From assembly GCA_046563655.1 (NCBI GenBank), contig CM102288.1, forward strand, positions 4,278,001 to 4,342,000: a DNA stretch of 64,000 nt, read 5' to 3'. Positions 1 through 12,983 of the stretch are shown here, piece after piece. Source of the DNA: Yuukianura sp. NJ FZ-2021 (lineage: Eukaryota). Positions within the stretch are counted from its first letter, which is position 1, and each line of letters begins with the position of its first letter. Made by a program: the position numbers and the translations under genes. The notes under the pieces are model-generated. The model had not been told where the DNA came from. It worked only from the letters and a program-made list of their open reading frames with translations, and ran no database searches.

Positions 1-40
1 ACTTGTAATTTGACAATGTTAATTTATGTTTTTTCTGAAG

Positions 41-2447
41 ATGAGACCCCCATTACATGACGCTGCCTTGTTGGGGGATGAAGGCAAAGTGAAGAGGCTA
101 ATCGCATCGGGGAGTGATTTGAATGAATTGGATTTTGTAAGATTCGTAATTCTAATTGTAAATTAAAATTAGCAATAATTTCAGTAAAAAGTAAAAGTTT
201 TGACTAACTTTTAAAAAAATTTCTCCAGGCGGGATGTACCTGTGTTCAGTTGGGGGCTGCTGCAGGTCACCACGACTTGGTTCAACTTCTGGTCGCTGCT
301 GGAGCTTCAGTTACAAACAAAGATGTATCTGTAAGTTTTATGTTCAAAGCTAATTTAGGTAGTGCTGGCTAATGGACGTCGGATTTTTGTACTTTTTAAG
401 CACGGGAATACTGCTCTACATGAAGCGTCGTGGAGAGGCTACTCAAAGCTAGTAAAATTTCTTTCAAACCCTCAAACGGTCAATGTACAAAACAAAGGTA
501 AATTGTGAGGTCAAGTTTTCTGAAATTCCAGCCACTAAAACGTCAACTTTTGAATTTAGGCGGGTTCACACCAGCACATTTAGCAAGTCAAGCTGGCCAT
601 AACCAATCCATTCGAGAACTGCTTCTTGCCGAAGCGGATCCAAATATTGCCAACACTTATGGCGACACTGCTCTCCACACAGCCGTCCGATACGGTCATG
701 CGGGTGTTACCCGAATTTTGCTCAGCGCTCGTGCTGTTACAGATATCCGTAACAAGGTAATGAGACAAAGTACTATTTTAATCTACAACCGTTGCTAAAC
801 GTTCATCTGAATTTTTTTTTTCATGCAGAATGGCGACACACCTCTTCACATTTCTTCTGCGATGGGTAGGAAAAAATTAACCAAAATCCTTCTGTCGGCT
901 GGATGTCTCCCGCACGTCCAAAATAATCAAAACGAAAGTGCCTTGGATATCAGCATTCGAAAAGGATTTGAAGACGTCACTTCCGTACTTCAAAATCCAC
1001 CCGCCGTCGTTACTCCAATAGAAAGAGATGCAATACGAGCCTCAAAGTACAAATATGGAGCAGGTCCCAGTACTGCAGCGACGGTTACGAATTTAGCAAG
1101 TTCCAACAGAACTGGCAGTGGTGGAAGTCATCACGTCCTAGTCGAAGCCGGTCCACCGACAAGATCCAGTAAACGTTCAAATGAATCAAGTAAAACTGGA
1201 TCGAAGTCTAAAAGTACTTCGAGTATCAACCGTGGACAAGATGTGAGAATGTCAATTTCAAACAATACTGCCGCTGGAATTACGTCAAGCCGAACTACGC
1301 TGCAAGAAGTGCCAAAATGGTCTCCTTATGGATGCCATAACCAACCGAATCCTGGTGCGTTCCCGCCACCCAACATTGATTCTCTTCCGAGTGACCCACT
1401 GAGGACTGGAGAACTTTACTACTTAGACTTGGCTGGAAATATCCATAAGGTAAAGTTAATATAATTTAAAACATATTATTATAATAATTTAAAACACTAT
1501 CACAAAATAATATTAATACTTTAAACCGTAGCACTACGTCCTAGTTGTAAAATTGGAATGGGGTATGTAAAAAGTTGCTTCTTGGCAAAGTGGTATTGTT
1601 CCCGGCGTGTCTTTTACGAGACGCGGGTTCGAATCTCGCACGAGTTTCTGCTGATGATTACAATTTGCGGCTGATTATGGTTGATGAAACTTCAAGCCTG
1701 CTAAAAATTTCTTGTGTCTGAAGAAACTCGTGTTCGATTTTTATATTTACTTTTAAAAATCCAAATTTTAATAACCGTTTCTAAAAATTACTTTCTTGAA
1801 ATCTATTTTGGTTTTCAGGGTCCGATGGGCGTTTCCGAAGGATGCTACTGTGGCCCCACTGTACTTTTGAGTCAAGCCAGAAGTAGTCAGTCGTTGATGG
1901 GCCTGGATGGACCAGCACTGCAAGTATTTGAGGTCAAAGGTCAAGATGAAAGTAGTGTTGATAAACGAATGAACAAGAGGAGTCAACGGAATAGAGTGAG
2001 CCCTGCACAGGTCAATCGAAGTGGCCTTGACCTTGCCCCCAGATATGAAGATCAGCTCAAATCGCTTACTCATCAGCTTTCCAAAATCCACTTCGACACG
2101 CAGGCGCAGTTGAGTTCACTTCATTCCATGCTCAATGAACGTCTCAAAACTTCAAGTAACAGTCAAGACCAAGACCACGACCTGGAATCTACTACGATTC
2201 CGGATGAAAATGAAGTGAGACTCAAGGAATGGGTTAGACAGTATCGTCGTTTTAGAAAAGGTAGGACAAAAACTTCAAAAAAAAAAGTGTTCAAAAATTG
2301 AAAATCTGTTTTCAATTTTCAGAATTGACCAAAAATCCGAAAACTCTTCAGCATGCCAATGACCTTCTGGCTTCCGCTTCATCACTTCTATCAGCTCGTT
2401 TGGCTTCTCCAGCTCCACCGGATTCAGAAACAGACAGCGGGCTTTAG
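41..2447 (+). CDS. Ankyrin-repeat protein, Diego/ANKRD6-like (multi-exon; 5' end may extend upstream of the window)
   Basis: Exons encode successive ankyrin repeats (PLHDAALLG, GNTALHEASWRG, GFTPAHLASQAG, GDTALHTAVRYG, GDTPLHISSAMG). These are followed by WSPYGCH...YYLDLAGNIHK|GPMG..CYCGP, which I recognise from arthropod Diego/ANKRD6 proteins. Stop TAG at 2445-2447. Confidence 0.75.
1578..1646 (+). other. tRNA-like sequence (tRNA pseudogene or tRNA-derived SINE head) in an intron
   Basis: Pol III A-box-like TGGCAAAGTGG at 1583-1593 and a T-arm/B-box GCGGGTTCGAATCTCGC at ~1623-1639. No convincing acceptor or anticodon stem. Confidence 0.5.
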
Positions 2448-2772
2448 CACTTTAAGCAGATCAGTACGCTTGCGCGCGTGAAAAATTGCCAAAATGGAGA
2501 TAACGTTTAAGTATTAGCTTCTAACACTAACCAGAGCCATTTTATTTCTTATACACTAAGCTAATCCGTCCAAAGTATTTTTGCAAATTAACATTTTTAC
2601 AGTAATTAATTAATTATGCTATTAATTAATAATTAACACGCTGTTTGTACCTGCTCACTCATTCACTGACTCATCTCTGCTCATCGTGTTGACACATAGT
2701 GTTAATGTAAGGCTTAAATAAAACCTTAGGTTTTGTTGCTTTATTGAAATTCAACGTTTAAGGACTCTTGCG

Positions 2773-4011
2773 TTATCCTCGGCTTTCAAAATACGTAAAA
2801 TCCTAAATACAAATTCAAAAATTTTAGAATTTGCATAAATCGAATTTTTGAATTTGAAAGAAAAATACTTACTATCAGGAACGTTGAGCCAATGAGCACT
2901 GCTTTGTACTCGGGACCTGCGTGAAAATTTTCAGTGTTTTTCAGAAATTCGAAATTTTGAAACTGATGAGTTTGTATTTACGTAATTTTTTTGGAAATTG
3001 TATTCCAAAAGTGTCCACGTCACTGAAGGATTCTTTGATGACTCCTCCCCACTGTTTAGTTATGAGTCCAATTTCAACTGGATCATCTTCGGCAGTGAAT
3101 ATTTTGAAACTGACTTTACAGCAGACACAAGTATGTGCTGGACCACGAATCCAGAAAAGTACTTTTCCAGTATCATCGGATACTTCGAATGTTGGTCGGC
3201 ATGACATGACATGTCGGACGTACCCGATCACTTCTCCAGAATCGTAAGTCACCTCCACTTTCTACCAAAATTCAAAAATTTAAAGCAATTTTGGAATTAT
3301 GTTTTTTGAAATTTTGAAATTTTTGTTGGTGAACACACATTTCCACAGCAGATGCCACAGAGACAGCAGAGGCCAAAGGTCAACCTCCGTTCAATGTTGA
3401 AAATCCGGTTGCCATTTTCATTGTAAACGTTGACCTCGAACGGGCGATTGGCGCCAAAACAGCATCGAAACCAAAACGAAGTATTTTCTGAAGCCAGAAG
3501 AATCCGTTGACCATGAGTGTTCCTCAGGATGTACTGATTGTCCAATTCCATTCCAGGTAATTCTGGACAACATTTTCAAAAATTTGGAAATTCGGGTTTC
3601 GAAATTTTGATTTAGACTCACTTTCGCCTTCTTCGTACATTTGTTCCAGAAAAATCATGTCGTGAGCCACGAGACACTGAAGTTCAGTTGGATAGGATTT
3701 GTGTATGTGGTGGTGGCGGTCTTTTCCTGAACCCACCGACGCCGACCTGGGACTGCTTAAGTAAATCGCTAAGAACATTTTTTAGAAAAGTGGACTTTTT
3801 TAAACTCGTTTTTTAAAAATATTCTTAATTTCTCACCTTTCGATAGCTCAGATTCACCTTTCTTGGAATCTTTTGATTTCGCAGGTTTGGGTTTCGACTC
3901 TGGTGCAACTTTGGAACCTTTTCGTTTCGGTTCTGATGGCGATTTCGCTGCTTTTGGTTCTGACTTCGGACGTTTTGGTTTCGGCCCTGGTACGGCCTTC
4001 TTCGGACTCAT
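2773..4011 (-). CDS. Phospholipid scramblase family protein, paralog 1 (Lys/Pro-rich N-terminus)
   Basis: Exons give NQYILRNTHGQRILLASE, RCCFGANRPF, IRGP..CVCC, IGLITKQWGG, FSDVDTFGIQFP, AVLIGSTFL and DFTYFESRG*, all typical PLSCR motifs. Confidence 0.85.
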
Positions 4012-4226
4012 TCTTTAAAACAAAGAAATCGACAACAAACTTTTCGGTTTTTTTTAAAACAAGCGTTTGTAGTTTTATTTTTCAAATTGCTGCGACTTTT
4101 TTTTTGATGAAATTTTGTGAAACTCAAACTTATACAATATGGCTGCCTAACTTGCCATGGCAGCGATTTCTACTACTAAAACTTGAAAATCTTCTTGGTG
4201 TACTTCATCAGCTTTAGAAGTACTTC

Positions 4227-5472
4227 TTAGTAGTGGTGGTGATGACGTCCACCACCAGAGCTCTCAAAGTATCCAAAATCCTGGATCAAGGTCAAAGGTC
4301 AAATGTTAAACACAAAAACAAACCTATAAGTTTCAAAATTCTAAACCATGAAAACTTACAATAACAAAAACTGCTCCCAAAATCAGTGCCTTGTTTCCAA
4401 AGAATCAGAAAAGTGCAAATTAGAATTTTTTTAAGAGCCTGATTTTCAATTTTGAACTTTGACCTCTGACCTTAAGTTTTGGCGGGAGTTGCATCATGAA
4501 CCGAACTCCAAACGTATTTGCATCGGACACCAATTCAGCAATGTTAGCTGTCTTCTGAATCACACCCACCGTTGTCACTCCATCCGGAAGGAAAATTGGA
4601 AACTCCGCAGTACAACATGGACCTTATAACAAAATTGAATTAATTATAATTAATTTCATAATTAAATACAATTAATTCAACAATTAAATTATATTAATCA
4701 AACCCATTGTGCAAAATGTACAGCAGTCTCCACAGCCAGGGCCCTGAATTGTGAATACCAATTGACCAGAGCCGTCTTTCAACTCGAAAGCAGGCGTGCA
4801 GCAACTACAAACCTGCTGCGCCGTTCCCATAATCTCTCCACTCATGTGTGTTACCACAACTTCCTGAAGGTCAAAGGTCAACAAGTTAAATCAAAGGTCA
4901 AAGGTCATTGACTGAAATTGTGGTCATACATTTCCACCACAGTAGTTACATTGACAAGCCAAGGTACAGGAACAGTCTCGGATCATGGTCAAAACTGGGA
5001 CACCGAAGAAATTCATGAGTTGAATGACGAAGGGCCTCCCTTTCCCACCGCAATAGACGACACAGGGACTGCTCACTTCGGCGGCAAAGAACATGCGCTG
5101 TCCATAACTGTCCAAGATCTCATACTTATTGGCAGTTTCAATTCCGACGAACACTAAAATATCCCAGAATGAGGTCAAAGGTCAATTGTGAGCATTATGT
5201 ATATTGGAAATGTCACTTGCCCTCTAGCATTTCGAAGAGTTGATGCACAAAGAGAGCATCCATGGAGGCCAAGTACTCCAGACCTATAACAAAATTCAAT
5301 TAATTATAATTAATTTCATAATTATGTATAATAAATTCAACAATTAAATTAATATTAATCAATCCAGACCAGGGGGACATCCTTGGAGCATCACAGTTTG
5401 AGGTGACGAGGAAAGCGGGGCTGACGGTGTGGGTTGAGCCGTCACTACATTTTGAGATGGATGTTCTGCCAT
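4227..5472 (-). CDS. Phospholipid scramblase family protein, paralog 2
   Basis: MAEHPSQ...GCPPG|LEYLASMDALFVHQ, ETANKYEI, GRPF, IQGPGC, SDANTFGVRF, ALILGAVFVI, DFGYFESSGGGRHHHHY*. Includes a GC-AG intron at 5154-5220. Confidence 0.88.
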
Positions 5473-5830
5473 GTTTAGAGTGTTGATTAATTAATTAGCA
5501 ACAGAATTATAGAAATTAGTCAAATGAAGTGTCAAAACTGGAGACAGGCAAAGATTTTTTTTTTCGGAGAAAATCGAAATTCATTCTCCGAAAAAGAAAT
5601 GGAAAGAAGAAAATTTTCGACAAAAAGTGAAAATTTTCATCTTTGTTTGTAAAAACAAAGCACGGAATAGTAGGAAATGTCAAGGTTACACTGAAAAAAT
5701 ATCCGCAATTTACTTCGCACATTCTCTTATATTTTTAACACACGAATATTTACACACGCAGAATAAAATATTATGACAAAAATTATAACATAATATTCAA
5801 TTTGTACAGAAAAAAAATGAAGTTGGTCGC

Positions 5831-7001
5831 TTAGAAGGCAGCAGGCTGCGGCTTGTCTTTCTTGGCCGAACTTTCAAAATACCCGAAATCCTGGAAAGGT
5901 CAAAGGTCAAAGTATTAGAAGTGTCAAAACACGTTAAGTAATACGCAAAATTTGAACTTGACTTACAATCACAAAAACTGCTGCAAGAATCAGAGCCTGA
6001 AGGAGATACAATTTTTACATTTGGATTTTTTTTCAGATCTTAAAAATTTCAAAATTTCAAAAAAATGAAATCGTTTCAACTTTGACCTTTTGTCTTGGAT
6101 CCAATTTAACTGCGAAAGTGACTCCAAAAGTATTTGCATCAGACACTAATTCCCGAAGATCTGCTTGTTTTCGAATCACTCCAGCGGGCGTATCCTCATC
6201 TGGAAGATACACTTTAAAGTCTGCTGTACAACAGGCGCCTGAAATTAAAAGTAATTAACACTGCATTTTAAAATTGTTAATTAACATTGTTAAAAATTAA
6301 TCCAACTATAGCTTCGTTCATACCCATGATGCAGCACCCACAACAATCAGCGCACGCTGGACCACGAATAACAAATTCAAGTTCTTCGTTTTCATTCTTC
6401 AGTTCAAAATGGGGTCGGCAGCAGCTCCATTTTTGCTTTGCCGTTCCAATGACCTCTCCTCCAATATGTTTCACTGACACTTTCTAGCAAGGTCAAAGGT
6501 CAAAATACAAAAAAGTAAAAGTTTTCGAAATTTTGAAGTAATAACTTGCATTTCCACCACACATGGTCAAGCCACAGCAGAACAAACAGCATGAGCACTT
6601 CCGTTGGATCGTCAAAATGGGAGCTCCCACGGCATTTAGCAGTCGAATTGTAAATGGTCGTCCTCTGCCACCGCAACAGACGCAGCAGTAGTTCGTCATC
6701 TCTGCCGCAAAGAATATCCTTCGACCAATCGTGTCCATCACCTCGTAGCGATTGGACGTCTCCAGTCCAGCGAAGACTGAAAACGAAAAAAAAAACAGAG
6801 AAAGTCAAAGGTCAATGCCCGTTTTTTGGTTCAGGTCAAAGGTCAATGACCTTCCACTGGCTCCAGAAGTTGTTTAACAAAGAGGCCTTCCATTGCCGCC
6901 AAATGCTCGAGTCCTGGCGGACAGTTTGGAACTGCCATGTCTGACAGGCCCCCTGGACCTGGTTGAGTCGTGAGTGCTGTCACGTGGGAAATCCCGTCCA
7001 T
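5831..7001 (-). CDS. Phospholipid scramblase family protein, paralog 3
   Basis: MDGISH...NCPPGLEHLAAMEGLFVKQ, ETSNRY, GRPF, IRGPAC, SDANTFGVTF, ALILAAVFVI, DFGYFESSAKKDKPQPAAF*. Includes a GC-AG intron at 6484-6549. Confidence 0.88.
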
Positions 7002-7465
7002 TGCTCAAAATTTCAAAAAACAAATTTAGTTTGACCATAAACTTGACCCAGAGTTTTGGTGTGACCTTTTGGCAGGAGCCCACGAACTTTTTTTAGTAGG
7101 AGACTCCCTTTTTTTTAACAAAACCTCAACATTTCAAAACAATAATGCAACAAAACCGTGACAAAATTCTACGACAAAATTTTAGTTTCAAGTTTAACCC
7201 GCCATTACAGTTACCATGGAAAGCATTCAACATAAGAAAATGCGGATTTGAAAAGAAGCAAGTTTCAATTCCATCACAACTTCCAAATTTTTGTTCTTCC
7301 AGTCCATGGGAACAAAATTATATCGAGCGGCTTGCAATTCAAGTACAAACTTTCAGTTTTGAATTGATTTGAGTTGAAAATGTTTTAGTGTGATTAAAAA
7401 ATTTGACCTTTTGCTTTTTAGCCTGGCAGTCGCAGTCTTGTACTGAACGAGAATAGAGTACGAGA

Positions 7466-9876
7466 ATGAAATTTGCAGAACATTTGAATTCTCACATTAC
7501 TCCAGAATGGCGCAAACAGTACATCCAGTATGACGTACGTAAGGTCGTTGCTACATCTATGACAGCGTGACCTTTGACCTCTGAATCTCAATTTTTACAG
7601 GAAATGAAAGCAATTTTGTACAAACATCAAAAACAGTTTTTGGCCAAAACCGAGCCGACTTTTCGACTTGCCTACCTCCGTGATTTTGACGAAACCTTTT
7701 TCGGTTTTTGTCAAGAAGAGTTGGACAAGATCTCGTCTTTTTATAATGGTGACGTCAAAGGTCAAAATTTCTAAAACCATTGCATTGACCTTGACCTTTG
7801 ACCTTAGAAAAGCAAGCCTACTACTCCAGGATTCTGTTGGCACTGAAAGCTGAACTACCCAAATTCTGGCTCCATGCTTCCGGCTCAACGGATTTTGGAT
7901 ATCAACTGCTGCCGAAGCGCAAACGCGACTTCAAGAAGAAACATGACCTTGAAAATGCTTTTTCCGAACTTTATCTTGGACTTGTCCTGCTTCAAAATTT
8001 TCAGCAGTTGAATTACACCGCATTTCGAAGGATTCTGCGCAAACATGACAAACTCTACGACTCGGAATTGGGGGCCGCTTGGTTTGCTGAAAAAGTTGAA
8101 GTAGCATTTTTCCATATTGACCCTTCAACTGACAAGCAAATTACGGAAATTGAAGAAATTGTGACAGAGGCCTTCGAGGGACAAGACAAGGGAAAAGCTA
8201 TGCAAAAACTAAGGGTCCCGCCCTTAAACGAACGAACCAAAATCAAAACCTATGCACTCGGACTTTTTACGGGGGCTCTCGGATTCTCAATTCAGCAAAT
8301 TGCGCTAACAATTTATGGTAAATTGATAAAATATAATATTATTATTAAATTCATAATAGTAAAGTACAGGATGTTCAACAGATACGAGTTGGACCAAAGG
8401 CTATGACTGGCACACCATCATTCGCTTGTACCGAGGATACATCTTGGCCAGTCTGTACATTTTCCTCATGGGGGTCAACATCCTAGGCTGGAGGAAAGCC
8501 GGGGTCAACCATGTTTTGATCTTCGGCCTTGACCCGAGAAGTCACTCGGAAGCAGCCGACTTGTTCACGATTGCGGGATTTTTAAGTTGTGCAACGGCCT
8601 TGAATTTTATTGGATTTCTGGAAGCGCCATCTCTCAAAATTCCGATTTACGTTTTCCCAATTTCACTTTTCATTTTTTACTTACTTTTTCTATTCAATCC
8701 TTTCAACTTCCTTTGGCGGGAAGCTCGGTTCTGGTTACTTCGAAATCTGGTATGACCTTTGACCTCTGACCTTTGACCTTGACCTAACAATTTTTTCTAC
8801 TCTAGGTTAGAGCCTTGACCTCCGGATTTCATACTGTAGCATTTGTGGACTTTTGGCTAATGGACCAAACCCAGTCGTTGACCCCGATGCTACTGGATTT
8901 TGAATACACAATTTGTGCCTACAGCGTCACCACAGGCACAAATGATTGGACGCCATGGTGGAATCGTACCAGAGCCACCGTGACGTCATCAGTCGACTAC
9001 CACGAGTACTGCAGTTCAAAGCTCTCCGTAGTCCGAGTACTCATCCGAATGCTTCCGTCTACAATACGACTGATTCAGTGTATTCGTCGATTCTGTGACC
9101 TCGGGAATCCTAAGGAACATCTTGTAAATGGCGGGAAATATTTCATCACCATTTGCGGCATTGGGTCTTCAGCGATCCTTGCTGTAACGGAAGTGTACAT
9201 TTACCCGGGAAACTTGCGTTATGTCAATCCAGCTTTCTACGTTTGGATCCTCCTATCATTCTTCACAACACTGTATTCTTATTACTGGGACGTGTCACGT
9301 GACTGGGGATTGTTTGACCCCAATGCAGAGGTCAAGTATCTTAGATCAGAACTGGTCTACAGTTCAAAGTACTACTACTATACTGCCATGGTCGTCGATC
9401 TCATACTGCGCTTCTCATGGGCCATCTCTTTGTCCATTACTGAAAACAAGTACATCTCGGCTGACATCATGCTGACCGTAACGGCTCCACTTGAACTTGT
9501 CAGGTTAGTCAAAAAAGTTAGGTTGAAAAAGTTAAAATCCTAGGTTATGGTTTTTGAAAGTGAAAATTCTTTGTTCAACTTTTTTAGGAGATTTGCTTGG
9601 AACTTTTTTCGTTTAGAAAATGAGCATTTGAATAACGTTGGAGATTTCCGAACACTGAAAGACATTACGATCCGACCGATTCCGAAGGCTGTGATTGGTT
9701 CAACAGTGAAGGAAGTGCGACAAGAAAAAGACGCAGACAATGGCGCAGACGTGGTCGTAGAAATTCTGAAGATCCGAAAAAGTGTCAACTCGGAGTCAGT
9801 TCCAGTTTTGGCTCCGAAACGCTCCAGTGCACTTAGTGACCCATTTATAAAAATTGACAGAAAACTTTCACATTGA
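7466..9876 (+). CDS. XPR1: XPR1/SYG1-type phosphate exporter (SPX + EXS domains)
   Basis: Starts [25 protein letters not shown] motif [22 protein letters not shown], then [41 protein letters not shown] and [18 protein letters not shown]. Confidence 0.95.
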
Positions 9877-10836
9877 CAATTTACTAAAATAGGCTAACTT
9901 TTAATAAATTCAGGATCTTCAAAATTTTGAGGAAAGAAACTGAAATGGTCATTCAGTACTCATTTTTACCCGCCCAAAGAATATTTTTTATTTTTTTATT
10001 TTGAAAGTAGGATTTGGAAGTTGAGTCAAGAGTTTAGAAATGTATTAGAATTAGAAATGTACTTCTTTTTTTTTGAAAAGTTGGATTTCGAAATATGAAA
10101 TATTTGTGGAAAAGAAGCAGAAACTGGATTTTTGAAAACTGTGTCCTTGAACTCTGTAAAAGTGCAACTGGTTTTTTTGATTACGTTTAGTTACGGTTTT
10201 TTTTTGTTTCAGCTGAAAGCGGTTTTTGAAAAACCGCTTTTCAAAACAACATGAAAACTTTAGTTTTGGTTTCTCATCAACCGGTTTCTCCAGTATCCGG
10301 TTTTTTCGTAACCGTTTTAAATTATTTTGGATCAAAAGTTTGTAAGAATGCACAACCTTTTCCACACATTGTTAATCATGTACAATCTTACATAAAAATG
10401 GTGCACACATAAACAACAATCAAGCAAATTCAACATTTAAGTGCAAATGTTAAAACCAAAATTTTTATAACTCGAAATTTTTTAAATATTTCCGTGCACT
10501 TAGAAATCTTCACGCAACCAAAACCAGAAATGGTTGCATGGCTGCACCAAAATTGCAAAAGTGTACAGCAAACTTTCACATTTGGAGTAACAAGTTTCAC
10601 CGATATGCACACAAAAGTTTTAATTTTCCAACATTCAATTTATTACATTTTTAGCAAATTAGACAACAATCAAAATTTCAACTTACGTTATGAAGTATAA
10701 CTTTCTAAAAAATTCAAAACCTCGCACCTTATTTCTAAAACTAAAATTTTTAAAAAATTTTGTCATCATCAATTCTGATTGCTTCAGTCCATGCATGACT
10801 GACATGACGCCTCCGCATCTTCTGCACCACATGACC

Positions 10837-12983
10837 TTACATGACCTTTGACCTTTCATAGATGTCTCTCTTCCTCCTGAATGCCGATCCATCTCCAGTA
10901 GGATCTTGTAGCCATGGATAATGTCTGGGGCATTCAACACAAGTGAACAACCGCAGTGTCTCTCCCGGTAACTCCCGTGTTGTCAATGGGCATGCATTTG
11001 GAATAGAGCAGTACGGTTGACCTTTGACATCACACTTCTCCTTCCACTCCTGAAAGTCACGCAGGGCCGTCAGTTCAGTTGGATTCTGCATCCACTGGAC
11101 AACTTGCAACATTGTTGTAAAGTAAACGTCACTCCGAGCCAGCATTTCGTCAATGAATTTGCCCAGTTCCTCTCTGAATTCTCGTTTGGACTTGAGCCAA
11201 GAGGCGTGAAAGTGGAGTCCAAGTGGAGCCCGATTGGTGGAAAAGTGGCGATTGAAGTTGTGTCGCAGGAGTCGCCCAAACTGTTCTCCTGTTTGGATGT
11301 TTGAACAAGACGAGACCATGTGACATCCTGGCAAGGACTCGTCAAAAGTCGGATCATCTCGACGATCCAGTTCGTTCATGACCATTTCCCAGACGGGGTG
11401 GGATCGAGATGGACAGTTTTGGGCGTTACCGTGACATTTGTGTGGCATTCGGAAGTAGAGCGTGTAGGGCCAAATCGGAACACGACCGAGTGGAGCAGTG
11501 ATGGATGCATCGTAGACAAAGAACTGATCGGACATCATGTCTGCCGGATACAAAAATTTAAAAATGAAGCAACACAATTTTGAAAAAAAAAAGTTGAAAC
11601 TTTTCGAAGTGAAACATGTTCATTTTTCAGGTTAGAGTTACATAGTAGGTTAAGTGATTCTGATTTACCAAATTGCTTGTTTCCACCAACTCGAAGAAAT
11701 GGCGCGCGAATTCCAACGACGCTTCCATCACTGATGTTTGCAAATCTGCAGAATACGAAAAAAGTAAGATTTTTTGAACTTTCTGTTTTATTCAAAATTT
11801 TGATTTTGTCCAAAATTTTGACCAACCGTTCAATGATGAGTCGATTTCCAGCCATTTCGGCCAACCAATCGTCGTATCTCCCGGCAGTCCAGTATTCCGG
11901 GTCATCTTTGTTCGTAATTGAAAAACTGCCGATTTCATGACCTTGTCGATGCAATTCCTACGATTTGGACAAAAAATGTTAAAGGTCATCAAAGTGTAAT
12001 GTACAGGTCACGAGGTCACAAAGGTCACAGGGTCATACCTGCACTGCTGAGTAGTTGGTGTACTTGTGTGAAGTGAAGAAAGTTCCTTTGATTTGACATC
12101 CGTTGGGATTCTGACGATTTCCATTGAAAATGTCCGAGTAGAGGTCTACATTGTCCACGTTAACGGCTCCATTGAAAGTAATCGTTATCATTTGGGGAAC
12201 CTGTTTTAAAAATGCTTTTTGAAAAATTTTGAAAACTTTGATTTTTAATTTTAAAAGATTACGGTATTCGGTTCAAGGGCTCCTGGAATCCGAGTTCCAT
12301 CGGCAGAGCAGAAACAGTCTGGCAAAACGCACTGTGTTTGGTCACATTCGGGAGCACGATTCGGATCGGTTTCAACCGCTGAAACAAAAATAAATGAATT
12401 TTTGAAGTTTTTCTTGAAAATTGAAATCAAAATTTTGAAAACTTACTGCAAGCATTCTCATCACTTCCATCTTGACAGTCTTTCTTGTCATTGCAAAACA
12501 AGGCTTTATCTAAACATTCTCCGTTTCCGCACTGCAATTTCCCGTCTGGACATACTGGCTCATCAGTCACGAGATTCGGAAGAACTTTTCGAGGTTCTGG
12601 ACAAAAATGTCAAAGGTTACCAAAAATTTTGAAATTTTGGTCAAACGCTTAAGAATTTTGAAAATTTATTTACTTTCTAGCTGGTCACAGTTTTGAACGC
12701 GACCTTTCCAGTCACAAGTTTGTTTGTAAATGTCAAAGGCCAACCCATTTGGACATTTGACCGCTCCGAGGCGAATAGTTCCAGTGAGACCAGCTTGGTC
12801 ACATCGTACGACATCACGACAGTCGCCCTCCGTCGTCAGTCGGAAGTACTCGTCTTCTGGTCGCCCTTTGCACAATTTCTCAATCTGCTGAGTATTCGGA
12901 TTGACTTTATGGTGATCCTGGTCTTGACATGAGGTCAAACCAAGGAAAATGGTCAACAGACAGACCACGCCGAGCTTGCCCAT
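10837..12983 (-). CDS. verm: Group I chitin deacetylase (signal peptide, CBM14, LDLa, deacetylase domain), CDA2/vermiform-like
   Basis: Signal peptide, then the chitin-binding domain CKGRPEDEYFRLTTEGDCRDVVRC...CDWK and an LDLa repeat. Catalytic motifs ITITFNGAVN, GHEIGSFSIT, RAPFLRVGGNKQF, YDASI, NRAPLGLHFHASWL. Confidence 0.9.

Noticed and set aside
1578..1646. Functional tRNA gene
   Set aside because: I could not fold a proper acceptor or anticodon stem, so it is kept only as tRNA-like.
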